Assembly: GCA_964532425.1 (NCBI GenBank)
Contig: CAZHIA010000006.1
Location: forward strand, 1,343 to 65,342
Source: an uncultured Candidatus Saccharibacteria bacterium
GTDB taxonomy: Bacteria; Patescibacteriota; Doudnabacteria; UBA920
Direction of reading: 5' to 3'
DNA: 64,000 bases
Made by a program: the position numbers and the translations under genes. The notes beneath the pieces were generated by a model. It made no database searches, was not told the origin of the DNA, and worked only from the letters and a program-made list of their open reading frames with translations. Of this stretch, positions 55,183 to 64,000 are shown piece by piece; within the stretch, counting starts at the first letter, position 1, and every line of letters begins with the position of its first letter.

Positions 55183-55860
55183 ATGATCAAGTTCGAAAAC
55201 GTCATCAAGCACTACGGTTCGCATAAAGCGCTCAACAATGTCAATTTGGACATTCACCACGGGGAATTCATTTCCCTCGTGGGTCTTTCCGGTGCGGGAA
55301 AATCCACGCTCATGAAGCTGATCATCGGCGAGGAGCGTATTGACGGCGGCCGGATCCTGATCGACGATATCGATATTGCCTCAGTGCGGAAGGATGACCT
55401 GCCATATTTGCGCCGCAAAATCGGCGTGGTCTTCCAGGATATGAAGCTTTTGCCCAAACGGACCGCATTCGAGAACGTGGCATTCGCCATGGAGGTCTGT
55501 GGCCACCGCAAGGACAAGATCGACAAGGATGTACCAAAGATTCTGGACTTAGTTGGCCTGCTGCACAAGAAAGACGCTTTCCCACACCAGATGTCCGGCG
55601 GGGAAAAGCAGCGCGTAGCCATTGCCCGGGCTTTGTCCCACCGGCCGGTATTACTGCTTGCCGACGAGCCGACCGGTAACCTAGACGAGGTGAATGCTGG
55701 AGAGGTTATTGATTTGCTGCTCAAGATCAACCAGCTCGGCACGACCGTTATTTTGGCCACTCATGCGGCAGACATCGTGAACCGCCTCAAAAAGCGCGTT
55801 ATTACTTTGGAAGGCGGTCAGGTGGTTATGGAACAGGAGAAGGGAAAGTATAAACTTTAG
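55183..55860 (+). CDS. ftsE: Cell division ATP-binding protein FtsE
   Basis: GLSGAGKST Walker [16 protein letters not shown] signature, Walker [12 protein letters not shown]. Confidence 0.9.
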   Translation: MIKFENVIKHYGSHKALNNVNLDIHHGEFISLVGLSGAGKSTLMKLIIGEERIDGGRILIDDIDIASVRKDDLPYLRRKIGVVFQDMKLLPKRTAFENVAFAMEVCGHRKDKIDKDVPKILDLVGLLHKKDAFPHQMSGGEKQRVAIARALSHRPVLLLADEPTGNLDEVNAGEVIDLLLKINQLGTTVILATHAADIVNRLKKRVITLEGGQVVMEQEKGKYKL

Positions 55861-55866
55861 TAAAAA

Positions 55867-55955
55867 CTAGCTTATAGCTGTCAGCTGATAGCTTATAGGA
55901 ATATTGAGTATTAGAAATTCATGGTATTCCTATAAGCTGAAAGCTATAACCTGAA
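55867..55955. repeat. AGCTTATAGGAATA / TATTCCTATAAGCT palindromic element (family D) between ftsE and ftsX
   Basis: AGCTTATAGGAATAT (55890-55904) and TATTCCTATAAGCT (55925-55938) are reverse complements; flanking AGCTGTCAGCTGATAGCT and AAGCTGAAAGCT words. Confidence 0.5.
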
Positions 55956-55965
55956 AGCTGAAAAC

Positions 55966-56883
55966 ATGTTCGAAACCATTTCATTTTTCAGAATCATCCG
56001 CACCGGTGTCATAAATTTTTGGCGTAATATCTGGCTGTCGCTGGCTGCCAGCATGGTCATGACCGTCACGCTGGTTATTTTTGCCGTGCTTTTTTTAATG
56101 TTTGCCCTCACTAGCTTTTCTATTAAGACCATTCAGAACACGGTCGACATTAGCGTATATTTCAAAACCGGATTGGTGGAAGATCAGATTAACAACATCA
56201 AGACTGCCATTCAGGCAGATCCCAAGGTCAGAGAGACTGCGTACACCTCTTCCCAACAAGCATTTGACGAATTCAAGGAAAAGCACAAGAATGACGTGCT
56301 TATTAGCCAGTCATTGAACGAGCTGACTGAGAATCCCTTGCCGGCCACGCTGCACATTAAAGCTTACAATTTGGAGGATTATCCGACTATCGCCAGCAAT
56401 TTGCAATCGGACAAGTACAAAGACTTCATTTCCAAAGTCAATTTCGAGGACAATCGCGTTATAATCGAACGGTTAAGCAAGATTCTCCATTTGATAATCA
56501 CGTTCGGGATAGGGTTGATAGCAGTCTTTTGCGTGATTGCTATTTTAGTCATCTTTAATACCATCACCCTTACCATTTACAATCGGCGCGAGGAGGTAGA
56601 AATTATGCGCCTTGTGGGGGCGACAAACTGGTATATCCGCGGGCCATTCATTATCGAAGCCATGCTGTACAGTTTTTTGGCGACTGCGCTTTCTGCGGTG
56701 TTATTCATGCCGGTTTTTTCCAAAGTGTTGCCCAAAATTGCCCTGTATGTAAATCCACAAGTGACCGTCTTTTCTAAAAATATCTTCGACTATTGGTACC
56801 TGGTGACAATTTTGCTCGTGTTATCGGTCATCCTGTCCGTGGCTACGACATTGTTCGCAATCAGGAAGTATTTAAAAATCTAG
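55966..56883 (+). CDS. ftsX: Cell division permease FtsX
   Basis: 305 aa; N-terminal TM, periplasmic domain, three C-terminal TM helices; follows ftsE. Confidence 0.8.
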   Translation: MFETISFFRIIRTGVINFWRNIWLSLAASMVMTVTLVIFAVLFLMFALTSFSIKTIQNTVDISVYFKTGLVEDQINNIKTAIQADPKVRETAYTSSQQAFDEFKEKHKNDVLISQSLNELTENPLPATLHIKAYNLEDYPTIASNLQSDKYKDFISKVNFEDNRVIIERLSKILHLIITFGIGLIAVFCVIAILVIFNTITLTIYNRREEVEIMRLVGATNWYIRGPFIIEAMLYSFLATALSAVLFMPVFSKVLPKIALYVNPQVTVFSKNIFDYWYLVTILLVLSVILSVATTLFAIRKYLKI

Positions 56884-56968
56884 CTAGTTGCCAGCTTATA
56901 GGAACACCAGTTTTGAGTTCCAACACGGCTTCTCCTGTAAGCTAAAAGCTGACAGCTACAAGCTTTTT
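56884..56968. repeat. Family D-like element after ftsX
   Basis: CCAGCTTATAGGAACACC ... CTCCTGTAAGCTAAAAGCTGACAGCTACAAGCTTTTT. Confidence 0.4.
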
Positions 56969-57071
56969 ATCTCTTGCGTGATTTTTAAAATCGTATATAC
57001 TGAAAAAGAGCCACTTTGAGGCAATCCTGAAAGCGGCAGCCAAGGACTCTCGCAGGGGAGTTTTTTTGTTG

Positions 57072-57198
57072 AATAGTAATCTCGAATGGCACGAATACAG
57101 CGCAAATATACGAATATACATTGGCCGCTCAAATTCTGAAGAATGGTGTGTAGTATTCGCATATTTGCGCTTTATTAGTATATTAGAGATTACTCTAT
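57072..57198. repeat. Copy 2 of the MITE-like TIR element, forming the entire 5' leader of rplI
   Basis: AATAGTAATCTCGAAT...ACGAATACAGCGCAAATATACGAAT...ATTGGCCGCTCAA...ATATTTGCGC...TATATTAGAGATTACTCTAT; ends 1 nt before rplI ATG. Confidence 0.6.
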
Positions 57199-57648
57199 AT
57201 GAAGGTAATATTTCTCAAGGACCAGCCCGGCGGGGGGAGACGCGGGGAGATCAAGGAAGTGAACGAAGGGTATGCCAAGAATTTTTTGATTCCCAAGGGG
57301 TTTGCCCAGGTTGCGACAACGGACATTCAGGCTAAGGTGGCCAAGGAACAGAAGGAAGCTGAAGCCAAGCGCACAAAGGAAGTATCTCGCGCTCAAGAGT
57401 TGAAGGCAGAGCTGGAACGTCGGACCTTTACCGTTTCCATGAAGGTTGGGGACAAGGGGCAGGTATTTTCCGGGGTGCATGACCGCGATATTGCCGAAGC
57501 GATCAATAGGAAGCTACCGGCTACGGTTGAGCGACATCAGATCGAATTAAGCCGTCCTATTAAGGATCTTGGTCTCCATAAAGTGAGTATCAAGCTTATG
57601 CCCGGCATTAAGGCAGTTGTTGCCGTCACTGTCGAGCCTCAAACATAA
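57199..57648 (+). CDS. rplI: 50S ribosomal protein L9
   Basis: [36 protein letters not shown] canonical L9. Confidence 0.85.
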   Translation: MKVIFLKDQPGGGRRGEIKEVNEGYAKNFLIPKGFAQVATTDIQAKVAKEQKEAEAKRTKEVSRAQELKAELERRTFTVSMKVGDKGQVFSGVHDRDIAEAINRKLPATVERHQIELSRPIKDLGLHKVSIKLMPGIKAVVAVTVEPQT

Positions 57649-57652
57649 ACAT

Positions 57653-58399
57653 ATGAATTTACAGCCGCGTGAAAAACAAATGATCAGTTTTCTCGGGATT
57701 GTGGTCGTGGGGTTTGTAGCCACGGTCTGGGTTCTGCGTGAAGTGGATGAGTATCACACCGAGCTTAATAATGCCCGCATGGATCAGTTGTCCAGTCATA
57801 TCAGTCTCGAAGAGGTCAAAAAGAAAGTCAGGCACCCTTCGGATAGCTCCATGCAGATCTATATCTCTAAACAAGGTTTTTCTTTCGAATATCCCGATGA
57901 ACTAACCGTGCGGCTGGAGGATGGCTGGGTAGATTTGAATCATGCAGTGGCATATAAAAATACCGATGCGTGTGATTTCCGGGGGAGCGGAAAGGAGCTG
58001 GATGCACTGCAGGATTTTCATGCCAGATTGAAGGTATATCCGGGTACGATTGCCGAGGCGGCAACAGCGCATAACCCGCAGTTTGCGAAAGGCAATCTCA
58101 ATGGTGATGGGTTGGCAATTAAACCCGGATTTGTCGATCCGTATGCCGCCGGTCCGTATAAGGGATTTGCGGTCACCGAAAGCGTTGAGGGGTGCGGCAC
58201 AGTGACATACTATTTGACCCTGCCGGACGGTCGGACGCTTGTTGCTACGCGCGATCTGGTTGGCTGGCTTGCTGACGTGGTCAATCCGGAGGTGCGCGCA
58301 AAGGTGTTGCAGGTACCGGGGATTATTAATACCTCGGAAAATACGAAGATATTTGACGCACTTTTGAAATCTGTACAATTGTCCGGAGCTGTCAACTAA
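57653..58399 (+). CDS. Hypothetical membrane-anchored/secreted protein
   Basis: About 248 aa from ATG 57653; N-terminal TM FLGIVVVGFVATVWVL; no motif. Confidence 0.45.
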   Translation: MNLQPREKQMISFLGIVVVGFVATVWVLREVDEYHTELNNARMDQLSSHISLEEVKKKVRHPSDSSMQIYISKQGFSFEYPDELTVRLEDGWVDLNHAVAYKNTDACDFRGSGKELDALQDFHARLKVYPGTIAEAATAHNPQFAKGNLNGDGLAIKPGFVDPYAAGPYKGFAVTESVEGCGTVTYYLTLPDGRTLVATRDLVGWLADVVNPEVRAKVLQVPGIINTSENTKIFDALLKSVQLSGAVN

Positions 58400-58437
58400 A
58401 CTTATTTATACAAATATTTAATCATTCAAGAATATTC

Positions 58438-60159
58438 ATGTCCCAGAAATCAACCAGGAGGCCAATAAAAAACCGCACACCGCAAAAAAAACTCAATACA
58501 AAATTTATTTTCGTGTCCGGGGGTGTCATTTCCGGCATCGGGAAGGGGATTACTTCAGCTTCCCTGGCAGCCATTTTGAAATCGAAGGGTTTTTCAGTTT
58601 CTCCAGTCAAGGTTGATATGTATTTGAACCAGGATGCGGGTACTATCCGCCCGCAGGAACACGGCGAAGTGTTTGTGACGCAAGATGGTATTGAGACTGA
58701 CCAGGATCTGGGACATTATGAGCGTTTTACCGACCAATCAATCAAAAAAACGAATTATATTACAACCGGCCAAATTTATGCCGAGGTGCTGCGCAAGGAG
58801 CGCGCGTTCGAGTACGGGGGAGAGGATGTAGAGGCTATCCCGCATGTCACTGACGAGATTATCCGCCGGTTCCAGCTTGCCGGAAAAGGGTACGACTTTT
58901 GCCTGATAGAACTCGGCGGTACCGTGGGAGAATACCAGAACGCTATCTTTTTCGAGGCGACGCGTATTATGAAATTACGGAATCCTCATGATATCTTGCA
59001 TGTGCACGTGGCATACTTGCCGATCCCTTCCTATCTTGGAGAAATGAAGTCCAAACCAGTGCAGCAGTCGGTCAGGATGTTGAACTCCATGGGCATCGAG
59101 CCAGACATTATCGTCGGCCGCAGCGAAGTGCCTATTGACGACCGCCGCAAAGAGCGGGTTGCCTTGTTCTGCAATGTCGACAAAAAGGCTGTTTTGTCCA
59201 ATCCCGATGTCTCGACAATTTATGAGGTACCGGTCATTTTAGACCAGCAGCGCGCCGGAGAGCTGGTATTAGAGAAGCTTGGCGTGCCGCCGCGCGGTCG
59301 CGATATGCACCAGTGGCGCAAGTTGATCGCTACCATTAAGCGTATTGAACGGACAGTAAACGTGGCTGTGGTCGGCAAATATTTCGGGACCGGGAATTTT
59401 ACCCTGTCCGATTCATATGTTTCGGTTATCGAGTCCGTCAAGCATGCTTCGTGGGCGAACAAGGTCAAGACCAAATTGACTTGGATCGACTCGCTGCAGA
59501 TAGAAGAACAAGGAGCGAAGAAGGTCCTTGCCGGTTTTGACGGGATCGTCGTCCCGGGAGGGTTTGGCAGCCGGGGCACTGAAGGCATGATCCAGGCTAT
59601 CCGCTACGCACGTGAAAACAACATACCATATCTCGGCTTGTGCTATGGGATGCAAATGGCTACCATAGAATTCGCACGGAACGTGGCAGGGCTTAAGAAA
59701 GCGAATACGACCGAAGTGGACCAGGCTGCAGCGCACCAAGTCATTCATATTATGCCGGACCAGGAAAAGAAGCTTTTAAACCGCGAGTACGGCGCTACCA
59801 TGCGGCTCGGTTCCTGGGATTGCGTTGTGGCGCGGGGAACCAAGACTGAGAAGTGTTATGCTGACGGCGGCTGGATAAAGAAAACGGGCAAGGCAAAGAT
59901 TTCCGAACGGCACCGCCATCGCTACGAGTTCAACAATGAATACCGGCAGCGGCTTGTGGAAGCGGGTCTGACCATAGCCGGTACAACGCCGGATGGTCAG
60001 CTGGTTGAAGTTGTTGAATTGAAAGATCATCCGTTCTTTGTGGGTAGCCAGTTCCATCCCGAATTTCAGTCCCGGCCACTGCGCCCGCATCCGCTCTTTG
60101 ACGGTTTTATGAAAGCGGTTTCTAAACTCGCACTCAGCAAAACCGCCCAGAAAAAGTAG
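58438..60159 (+). CDS. pyrG: CTP synthase
   Basis: KFIFVSGGVISGIGKGITSAS N-terminus; C-terminal glutamine amidotransferase (GLCYGMQ). Confidence 0.9.
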   Translation: MSQKSTRRPIKNRTPQKKLNTKFIFVSGGVISGIGKGITSASLAAILKSKGFSVSPVKVDMYLNQDAGTIRPQEHGEVFVTQDGIETDQDLGHYERFTDQSIKKTNYITTGQIYAEVLRKERAFEYGGEDVEAIPHVTDEIIRRFQLAGKGYDFCLIELGGTVGEYQNAIFFEATRIMKLRNPHDILHVHVAYLPIPSYLGEMKSKPVQQSVRMLNSMGIEPDIIVGRSEVPIDDRRKERVALFCNVDKKAVLSNPDVSTIYEVPVILDQQRAGELVLEKLGVPPRGRDMHQWRKLIATIKRIERTVNVAVVGKYFGTGNFTLSDSYVSVIESVKHASWANKVKTKLTWIDSLQIEEQGAKKVLAGFDGIVVPGGFGSRGTEGMIQAIRYARENNIPYLGLCYGMQMATIEFARNVAGLKKANTTEVDQAAAHQVIHIMPDQEKKLLNREYGATMRLGSWDCVVARGTKTEKCYADGGWIKKTGKAKISERHRHRYEFNNEYRQRLVEAGLTIAGTTPDGQLVEVVELKDHPFFVGSQFHPEFQSRPLRPHPLFDGFMKAVSKLALSKTAQKK

Positions 60160-60179
60160 GCGTTTAGTGATATAAAATT

Positions 60180-60222
60180 GCGCTTTTCACCCATTGATCT
60201 TGAGGTGGAAAGCGCTTTTTTG
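60180..60222 (+). terminator. Intrinsic terminator after pyrG
   Basis: GCGCTTTTCACC-loop-GGTGGAAAGCGC followed by TTTTTTG. Confidence 0.7.
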
Positions 60223-60275
60223 TTGGTAAGGTTTTTTGCAAGCGAGCGTCATTACAGGTGCTTTTTAGCCTTTTT

Positions 60276-60770
60276 ATGAAGGATATGAATCTGAACGACG
60301 CACTTATCGCCAGCCTGGCCAGAGTTTTGGCCAGCGAGCGGCAAGGATTAACCCAGCTGGGGGATTTTCTGGCTGCCATACAGACAAACCACAGTCTGAA
60401 TGAGCGATTACCCGAACTTCGGAACAAGCTGGTAGAGCATATGGATAAAACGCGCCAGCATGTGACGGAGATACGGCAATGCGTGAAGCGGTTGGACGGG
60501 CAAAGCTCTGAACCGCCGGTTCCAACTGGATCAGGAGCGGCTGCACCTCCGTTGGGTTTTTCGGTGCTCGATCATAGTGTTGCTGCTTATGCAGGAGAAC
60601 ATCGCCACATCGCTTTGTATACCCTCATGGCAGCGATCGCCCAAGAGCTGGGTGACGAGCAAACAATGCACTGTGCCGAGCAGATACTGTCAGACGAGCA
60701 GGAAATGGCCGGCTGGCTGACTGACGAGCTCCCCGGATTGGTACAGGAATATTTGCGGTTGCAGGAGTAA
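60276..60770 (+). CDS. Hypothetical helical protein (possibly ferritin-like fold)
   Basis: About 164 aa from ATG 60276 (track GTG 60258); no clear motif. Confidence 0.4.
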   Translation: MKDMNLNDALIASLARVLASERQGLTQLGDFLAAIQTNHSLNERLPELRNKLVEHMDKTRQHVTEIRQCVKRLDGQSSEPPVPTGSGAAAPPLGFSVLDHSVAAYAGEHRHIALYTLMAAIAQELGDEQTMHCAEQILSDEQEMAGWLTDELPGLVQEYLRLQE

Positions 60771-60839
60771 AATAGTGATTTGATTGCGGGTTCATAAAGT
60801 CAGTGCAGTGATTGGTAAGAGGTCAAAGGAGATGTGTAC

Positions 60840-61121
60840 ATGGATAACCACGATGAAATTCCGGGTACTCCCCAGGCGGATTATCCGGGACCAACAGAAG
60901 AAGCTGAAGTGACCGGCGGCGAGGCGGTGGCCTTTGATATTGCCCGTTTTCTGGAGAGCGTTGCTTATCCTGCAACTAAAGAAGATATCTTGGATTATGC
61001 GGAAGACCAGGGTGTGGAGGAGGTGGTGTATGAAATGCTCGACCAGCTTCCGGAAACCACATACAATACGTCCACTGACGTCAGCCAAGCGCTCGGGGAG
61101 AATGCGAACGAGGTGACATAA
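60840..61121 (+). CDS. DUF2795-like small acidic protein
   Basis: FDIARFLESVAYPATKEDILDYAEDQGVEEVVYEMLDQLPETTYNTSTDVSQALG matches the DUF2795 pattern as I recall it; RBS AAGGAG 7 nt before ATG 60840. Confidence 0.55.
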   Translation: MDNHDEIPGTPQADYPGPTEEAEVTGGEAVAFDIARFLESVAYPATKEDILDYAEDQGVEEVVYEMLDQLPETTYNTSTDVSQALGENANEVT

Positions 61122-61321
61122 ATATATCGAATCTACAAATAAGACGAATCTACGAAGGACTACGAATTGCGAATTCGTATTTTCGTTGAGGATTCGTTGA
61201 TTCGCCTGCCTGGCGGTAGGCAGGTTCCATTCGGAGATTCGATACATTAAAGTAGGATTGACGCATTATGTTGTCAGTCTTTTGGTTACCGTCCGTCCCA
61301 TAGTACTAAGGAAACCTCAAT

Positions 61322-61465
61322 ATGAAAAAAATAATCACTGGTCTGTTTTTTATTTTCTTTGCGTTATTCCTGTTTAATATAGCCATGCTGGAAGCTACCC
61401 GGCTGTTGCCGCAGGAGCAGGGGATTGTTCAGAGCACGCAAGCCGTCTCGTTCGTAAACAAATAA
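61322..61465 (+). CDS. Possible small membrane protein (47 aa)
   Basis: MKKIITGLFFIFFALFLFNIAMLEATRLLPQEQGIVQSTQAVSFVNK; RBS-like AAGGAAACC; followed by terminator 61497-61530. Confidence 0.3.
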   Translation: MKKIITGLFFIFFALFLFNIAMLEATRLLPQEQGIVQSTQAVSFVNK

Positions 61466-61496
61466 CCGCATACTCGCATGTGGTTGTATTCAATGA

Positions 61497-61530
61497 TAAA
61501 AAACACCCCGACTCATCGAGGTGTTTTTTG
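61497..61530. terminator. Bidirectional terminator (serves minus-strand rpmA)
   Basis: AAAAA-ACACC-CCGACTCATCGA-GGTGT-TTTTTG. Confidence 0.6.
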
Positions 61531-61537
61531 TGAGGTC

Positions 61538-61831
61538 TTATTTCTTGGCCGTGGTCTTCGGGCTAACGCTGACGATGCGCGTGCGCTTGAGATTGCCGTG
61601 GAATTTAGCGACTTTCTTGTTCTGGAATTTCACAACTCCGTCTGCTGCGGCATAGAGCGTGGAATCTCCCCCGACCCGTACGTTTTTGCCGGCAGCATAC
61701 TTGGTGCCGTGCTGGCGTACAATGACTTCGCCCTGTTTGACGGTCTGGTTGCCGAACACTTTGACCCCGAGGCGCTTACTGATGCTATCGCGGCCGTATT
61801 GTGTTGAGCCACCGGCTTTCTTATGTGCCAT
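61538..61831 (-). CDS. rpmA: 50S ribosomal protein L27
   Basis: [16 protein letters not shown] canonical L27. Confidence 0.9.
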   Translation of the reverse strand: MAHKKAGGSTQYGRDSISKRLGVKVFGNQTVKQGEVIVRQHGTKYAAGKNVRVGGDSTLYAAADGVVKFQNKKVAKFHGNLKRTRIVSVSPKTTAKK

Positions 61832-61838
61832 ACAATTA

Positions 61839-61945
61839 TAATCCTAATAATCCGAATTAGTATCCGAATGCCCCGAATGATCCCGTTTTTGATTCGGGTA
61901 ATTCGGATTGCAAGTATTCGGATAATTCGGATTATGCTTACTGCT
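61839..61945. repeat. ATTCGG/CCGAAT-word imperfect palindrome (family P copy)
   Basis: ATAATCCTAATAATCCGAATTAGTATCCGAATGCCCCGAATGATCCCGTTTTTGATTCGGGTAATTCGGATTGCAAGTATTCGGATAATTCGGATTAT. Confidence 0.5.
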
Positions 61946-63260
61946 TTTCAAAAATCGCTATTTCCCGGGCCACGATCTGATCCTTGCGGTCGTAGATGGC
62001 GGTACCTCGCGCGGTAAGCTTCAGAAATGGCATGGACTTGCTGACGCCCGAGGGGACAATAGCTAATAAATTATAACCGAGAGTAGCGGCAAAGTCAAGG
62101 CTTTCCAAGGTCTCATAGGTATCCCGGGTCTTTTTATAAGCCGGGATGCACATAATAACTCTACCTTTTGGCGGCAGGAATTTGGCGAACTCCTGGAAGG
62201 CTTTTTCGTATAATTTAGACAGATTTCGGAAGTTGTCTTGAATTTCTGCGGGTTTTGGATACACGGAGTAGATGGGGCCCAGTGTGCTTTCCGTGACCAC
62301 CGATTGGACAGACTGTCCGGCCACGAGTTTGGCGACATCCGTGGCGTCTGAGACTTCCAAATGATACCTTCCTGGGGCGACTTTGTAGCGGTTGCGGAAC
62401 CATTCCAGGTTAGTTTCCGATCCCTTAATAGCCTGCTTATTAATGTCGGAGCCGAGCATTTTAAACCCGAGCAAAAGGCCTTCTTGCACCATAGTGCCAA
62501 TGCCACAAAAAGGATCGAGGATGGTCGCACCTTGCTTGCAGCCGGAAAGGTTCAGCATGATCTGGGCAACTTTCGGAGGAATCATGCCTTGTTTTTCATC
62601 ACGAACCGGGCGCTGATAATCGCGCCGGCCATAGTCCTCAAAATCCTGCACCGTGCAGGTTTTGGCTGTGTACACAATATCCTTGCCAGCTAGGATGCAG
62701 ATCTCGGCGCCTTTTTGCAGCAGCAGATTCTTAGTAACGACCACTGAGGCCAGGGCGAGCGCGTTGAATTCCGGTAAAACCAGGCGGGCGCTTGCGCCGC
62801 CTTCCGTGAGAACATTCTTGATCATCATGCCGACGCGTTTCGGTTCGCCGAAGACGGTAGGGGCTGGCCGCTTGTCTGCCGGCTGGGGTTTGGGCCGCTG
62901 GGCCAGGGCCATATCAAGCAGGTACACGCTGATCCCGAACTGAATCTTGCCCTTGTATTCTTTGAGGAAGCTTTTTTTGAGCGTGCTGGGTTTGAAATAA
63001 TACTTGAGCGCGAAGTTGATTGAGTCCTGCTCGCGCTTTTTGACGGCGTCGACGATCTGCAGGATCTTAACAACACCACCAAGCTGGCGCTGTAGTTTTT
63101 CCAGCGGGAGAGGGGAATCTGTTTCTATGACGATTGCTTCCGGTGAAGCATGGAGTACTGCGACTTCCGAGGCGATGCCTAAATCCTTTCTAGTGAGGAC
63201 GGCAAACAACTCCGCTATCGATAGGGTATAGACTCTCCCAAGCACGAACGCGTATTTCAT
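61938..63260 (-). CDS. Trm11-like class I SAM-dependent RNA methyltransferase (putative tRNA guanine-N2 methyltransferase)
   Basis: 440 aa; N-terminus MKYAFVLGRVYTLSIAELFAVL resembles Trm11 N-terminal domain; motif I DPFCGIGTMV. Confidence 0.55.
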   Translation of the reverse strand: MKYAFVLGRVYTLSIAELFAVLTRKDLGIASEVAVLHASPEAIVIETDSPLPLEKLQRQLGGVVKILQIVDAVKKREQDSINFALKYYFKPSTLKKSFLKEYKGKIQFGISVYLLDMALAQRPKPQPADKRPAPTVFGEPKRVGMMIKNVLTEGGASARLVLPEFNALALASVVVTKNLLLQKGAEICILAGKDIVYTAKTCTVQDFEDYGRRDYQRPVRDEKQGMIPPKVAQIMLNLSGCKQGATILDPFCGIGTMVQEGLLLGFKMLGSDINKQAIKGSETNLEWFRNRYKVAPGRYHLEVSDATDVAKLVAGQSVQSVVTESTLGPIYSVYPKPAEIQDNFRNLSKLYEKAFQEFAKFLPPKGRVIMCIPAYKKTRDTYETLESLDFAATLGYNLLAIVPSGVSKSMPFLKLTARGTAIYDRKDQIVAREIAIFEKQ

Positions 63261-63316
63261 ATGCCAAAATTACGTTAGACTATTTTTTTATAAATAAGTG
63301 GTATACTTAAAAGGCC

Positions 63317-63706
63317 ATGGACTATAAGGGATTGAAACAAAAATTCATTGCACATAAGCAGGAATTTGTCCTCGCTATCTGTTTTATGTTGGTGTTTTTA
63401 GTTGGTTTCGGTGCGGGTCGTTTTGAGCAGCAGCTGCGGCGCGATGCGGCTTTGCAATCACATTATACCACACCGGCACCCAAAAAAGCGAGTGCCCAAC
63501 CCGCTGCGCCCGCCCCGGCGGCAGGGGAGAAGGTGCTGGCCGCCAGTAGCAGTCAGCCATGCTTGATAAAAGGGAACATTTCATCGGGAGGGAAGAAAGT
63601 CTACCATGTTGCCGGAGGTGCTTTTTATAAGACTGTCAAACCCGAACAATGCTTTGATACGGAGGCGGCTGCCCAAACTGCCGGGTTCGTAAAGTCACAG
63701 AGGTGA
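63317..63706 (+). CDS. Hypothetical membrane-anchored protein with conserved C-terminal Cys-containing module
   Basis: TM helix FVLAICFMLVFLVGFGAG; Ala/Pro linker; C-terminal CLIKGNISSGGKKVYHVAGGAFYKTVKPEQCFDTEAAAQTAGF, resembling a small extracellular module in Gram-positive proteins. Confidence 0.45.
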   Translation: MDYKGLKQKFIAHKQEFVLAICFMLVFLVGFGAGRFEQQLRRDAALQSHYTTPAPKKASAQPAAPAPAAGEKVLAASSSQPCLIKGNISSGGKKVYHVAGGAFYKTVKPEQCFDTEAAAQTAGFVKSQR

Positions 63707-63707
63707 C

Positions 63708-63806
63708 AGTATAATCCGAATGATCCGAATACTGCAATCCAAATGCCCCAAATGAATTCATTCGATTCGGATCATTCGGGTTGCAGTATTCGGGGTATTC
63801 GTATTA
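63708..63806. repeat. ATTCGG/CCGAAT-word imperfect palindrome (family P copy) centred on GAATTC
   Basis: CCGAATGATCCGAATACTGCAA...GAATTC...TTGCAGTATTCGG; starts with GTATAAT. Confidence 0.5.
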
Positions 63807-63814
63807 TGTGATAT

Positions 63815-63846
63815 AAAAACCCGTGCGGAGGAAACCCCGCACGGGA
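63815..63846 (-). terminator. Hairpin with upstream A-run: likely terminator for a minus-strand transcript entering from beyond the window end
   Basis: AAAAA-CCCGTGCGG-AGGAAACC-CCGCACGGG. Confidence 0.4.
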
Positions 63847-64000
63847 AGGAAGGATACCATCGAACGTATATGGCCTTGTAAGGCCAGGGGCAAAGTTAGT
63901 ACGCACAGGAGGATGCGTACAGTAGCTTTGGCTTTTTATGAAAACTTGCATATGTGCTGCATCACAGCAAAAGTAGGATGCCCACAAGTTCCATTCCAAG

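Noticed and set aside
1-64000. CRISPR array, rRNA or tRNA genes
   Set aside because: The abundant repeats are irregular imperfect palindromes of family-specific words without constant-length unique spacers, so they are not CRISPR-like. I could not find tRNA T-arm or acceptor-stem patterns in any spacer, nor rRNA-like segments. A cmscan or tRNAscan-SE run would be decisive.
63913-64000. Possible partial CDS at the extreme window end following AGGAGG
   Set aside because: The ATG abuts the AGGAGG with zero spacing and alternative in-frame starts give only a few codons before the window ends. The evidence is insufficient.

Overview
This is a gene-dense bacterial chromosomal window, about 70 coding genes on both strands, with no rRNA, tRNA or CRISPR array that I could recognise. 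The organism looks like an uncultivated, deeply branching, reduced-genome lineage, possibly Patescibacteria/CPR-like. That assignment is an inference from divergent housekeeping proteins, weak Shine-Dalgarno use and dense intergenic palindromes, and it is not provable from the sequence alone. Most of the window is housekeeping: clpC, htpX, lemA, secA, gatC-gatA-gatB, miaA, holB, frr, rseP, proS, mreB-mreC-mreD-mrdA, folD, secE-nusG-rplK-rplA, a dTTP-synthesis cluster (dCMP deaminase, dut, tmk, a long ThyX-like gene and two paralogous P-loop kinases), prfB, ftsE-ftsX, rplI, pyrG, rpmA and a Trm11-like methyltransferase. Two things stand out. First, an accessory stretch of about 11.5 kb lies between gatB and miaA (13.7-25.3 kb). 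It holds a GH1 glycosidase, a PEP-CTERM protein and an island of ORFans (17.0-25.3 kb) whose genes, unlike the housekeeping genes, have canonical TTGACA-N17-TATGAT promoters, operator-like palindromes, strong RBSs and their own terminators. The island core is a translationally coupled pair: an HTH protein followed by a GHKL (Bergerat-fold) ATPase fused to two Big_2-like Ig domains. I did not recognise this architecture as any named system, and it is my best candidate for an undescribed defence-like or mobile-element module. Second, the intergenic space is saturated with several families of dispersed imperfect palindromes. These include a REP-like TGACATTTGACC hairpin family at gene junctions with one copy inserted in-frame inside miaA, a MITE-like element of about 140 bp with terminal inverted repeats (TIRs) that forms the 5' leaders of recX and rplI, inverted copies flanking mreD, and two DUF559 endonuclease cassettes bounded by inverted repeats. 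All coordinates and motifs were read from the sequence. Functional assignments rest on motif-level recognition and carry the stated confidence.
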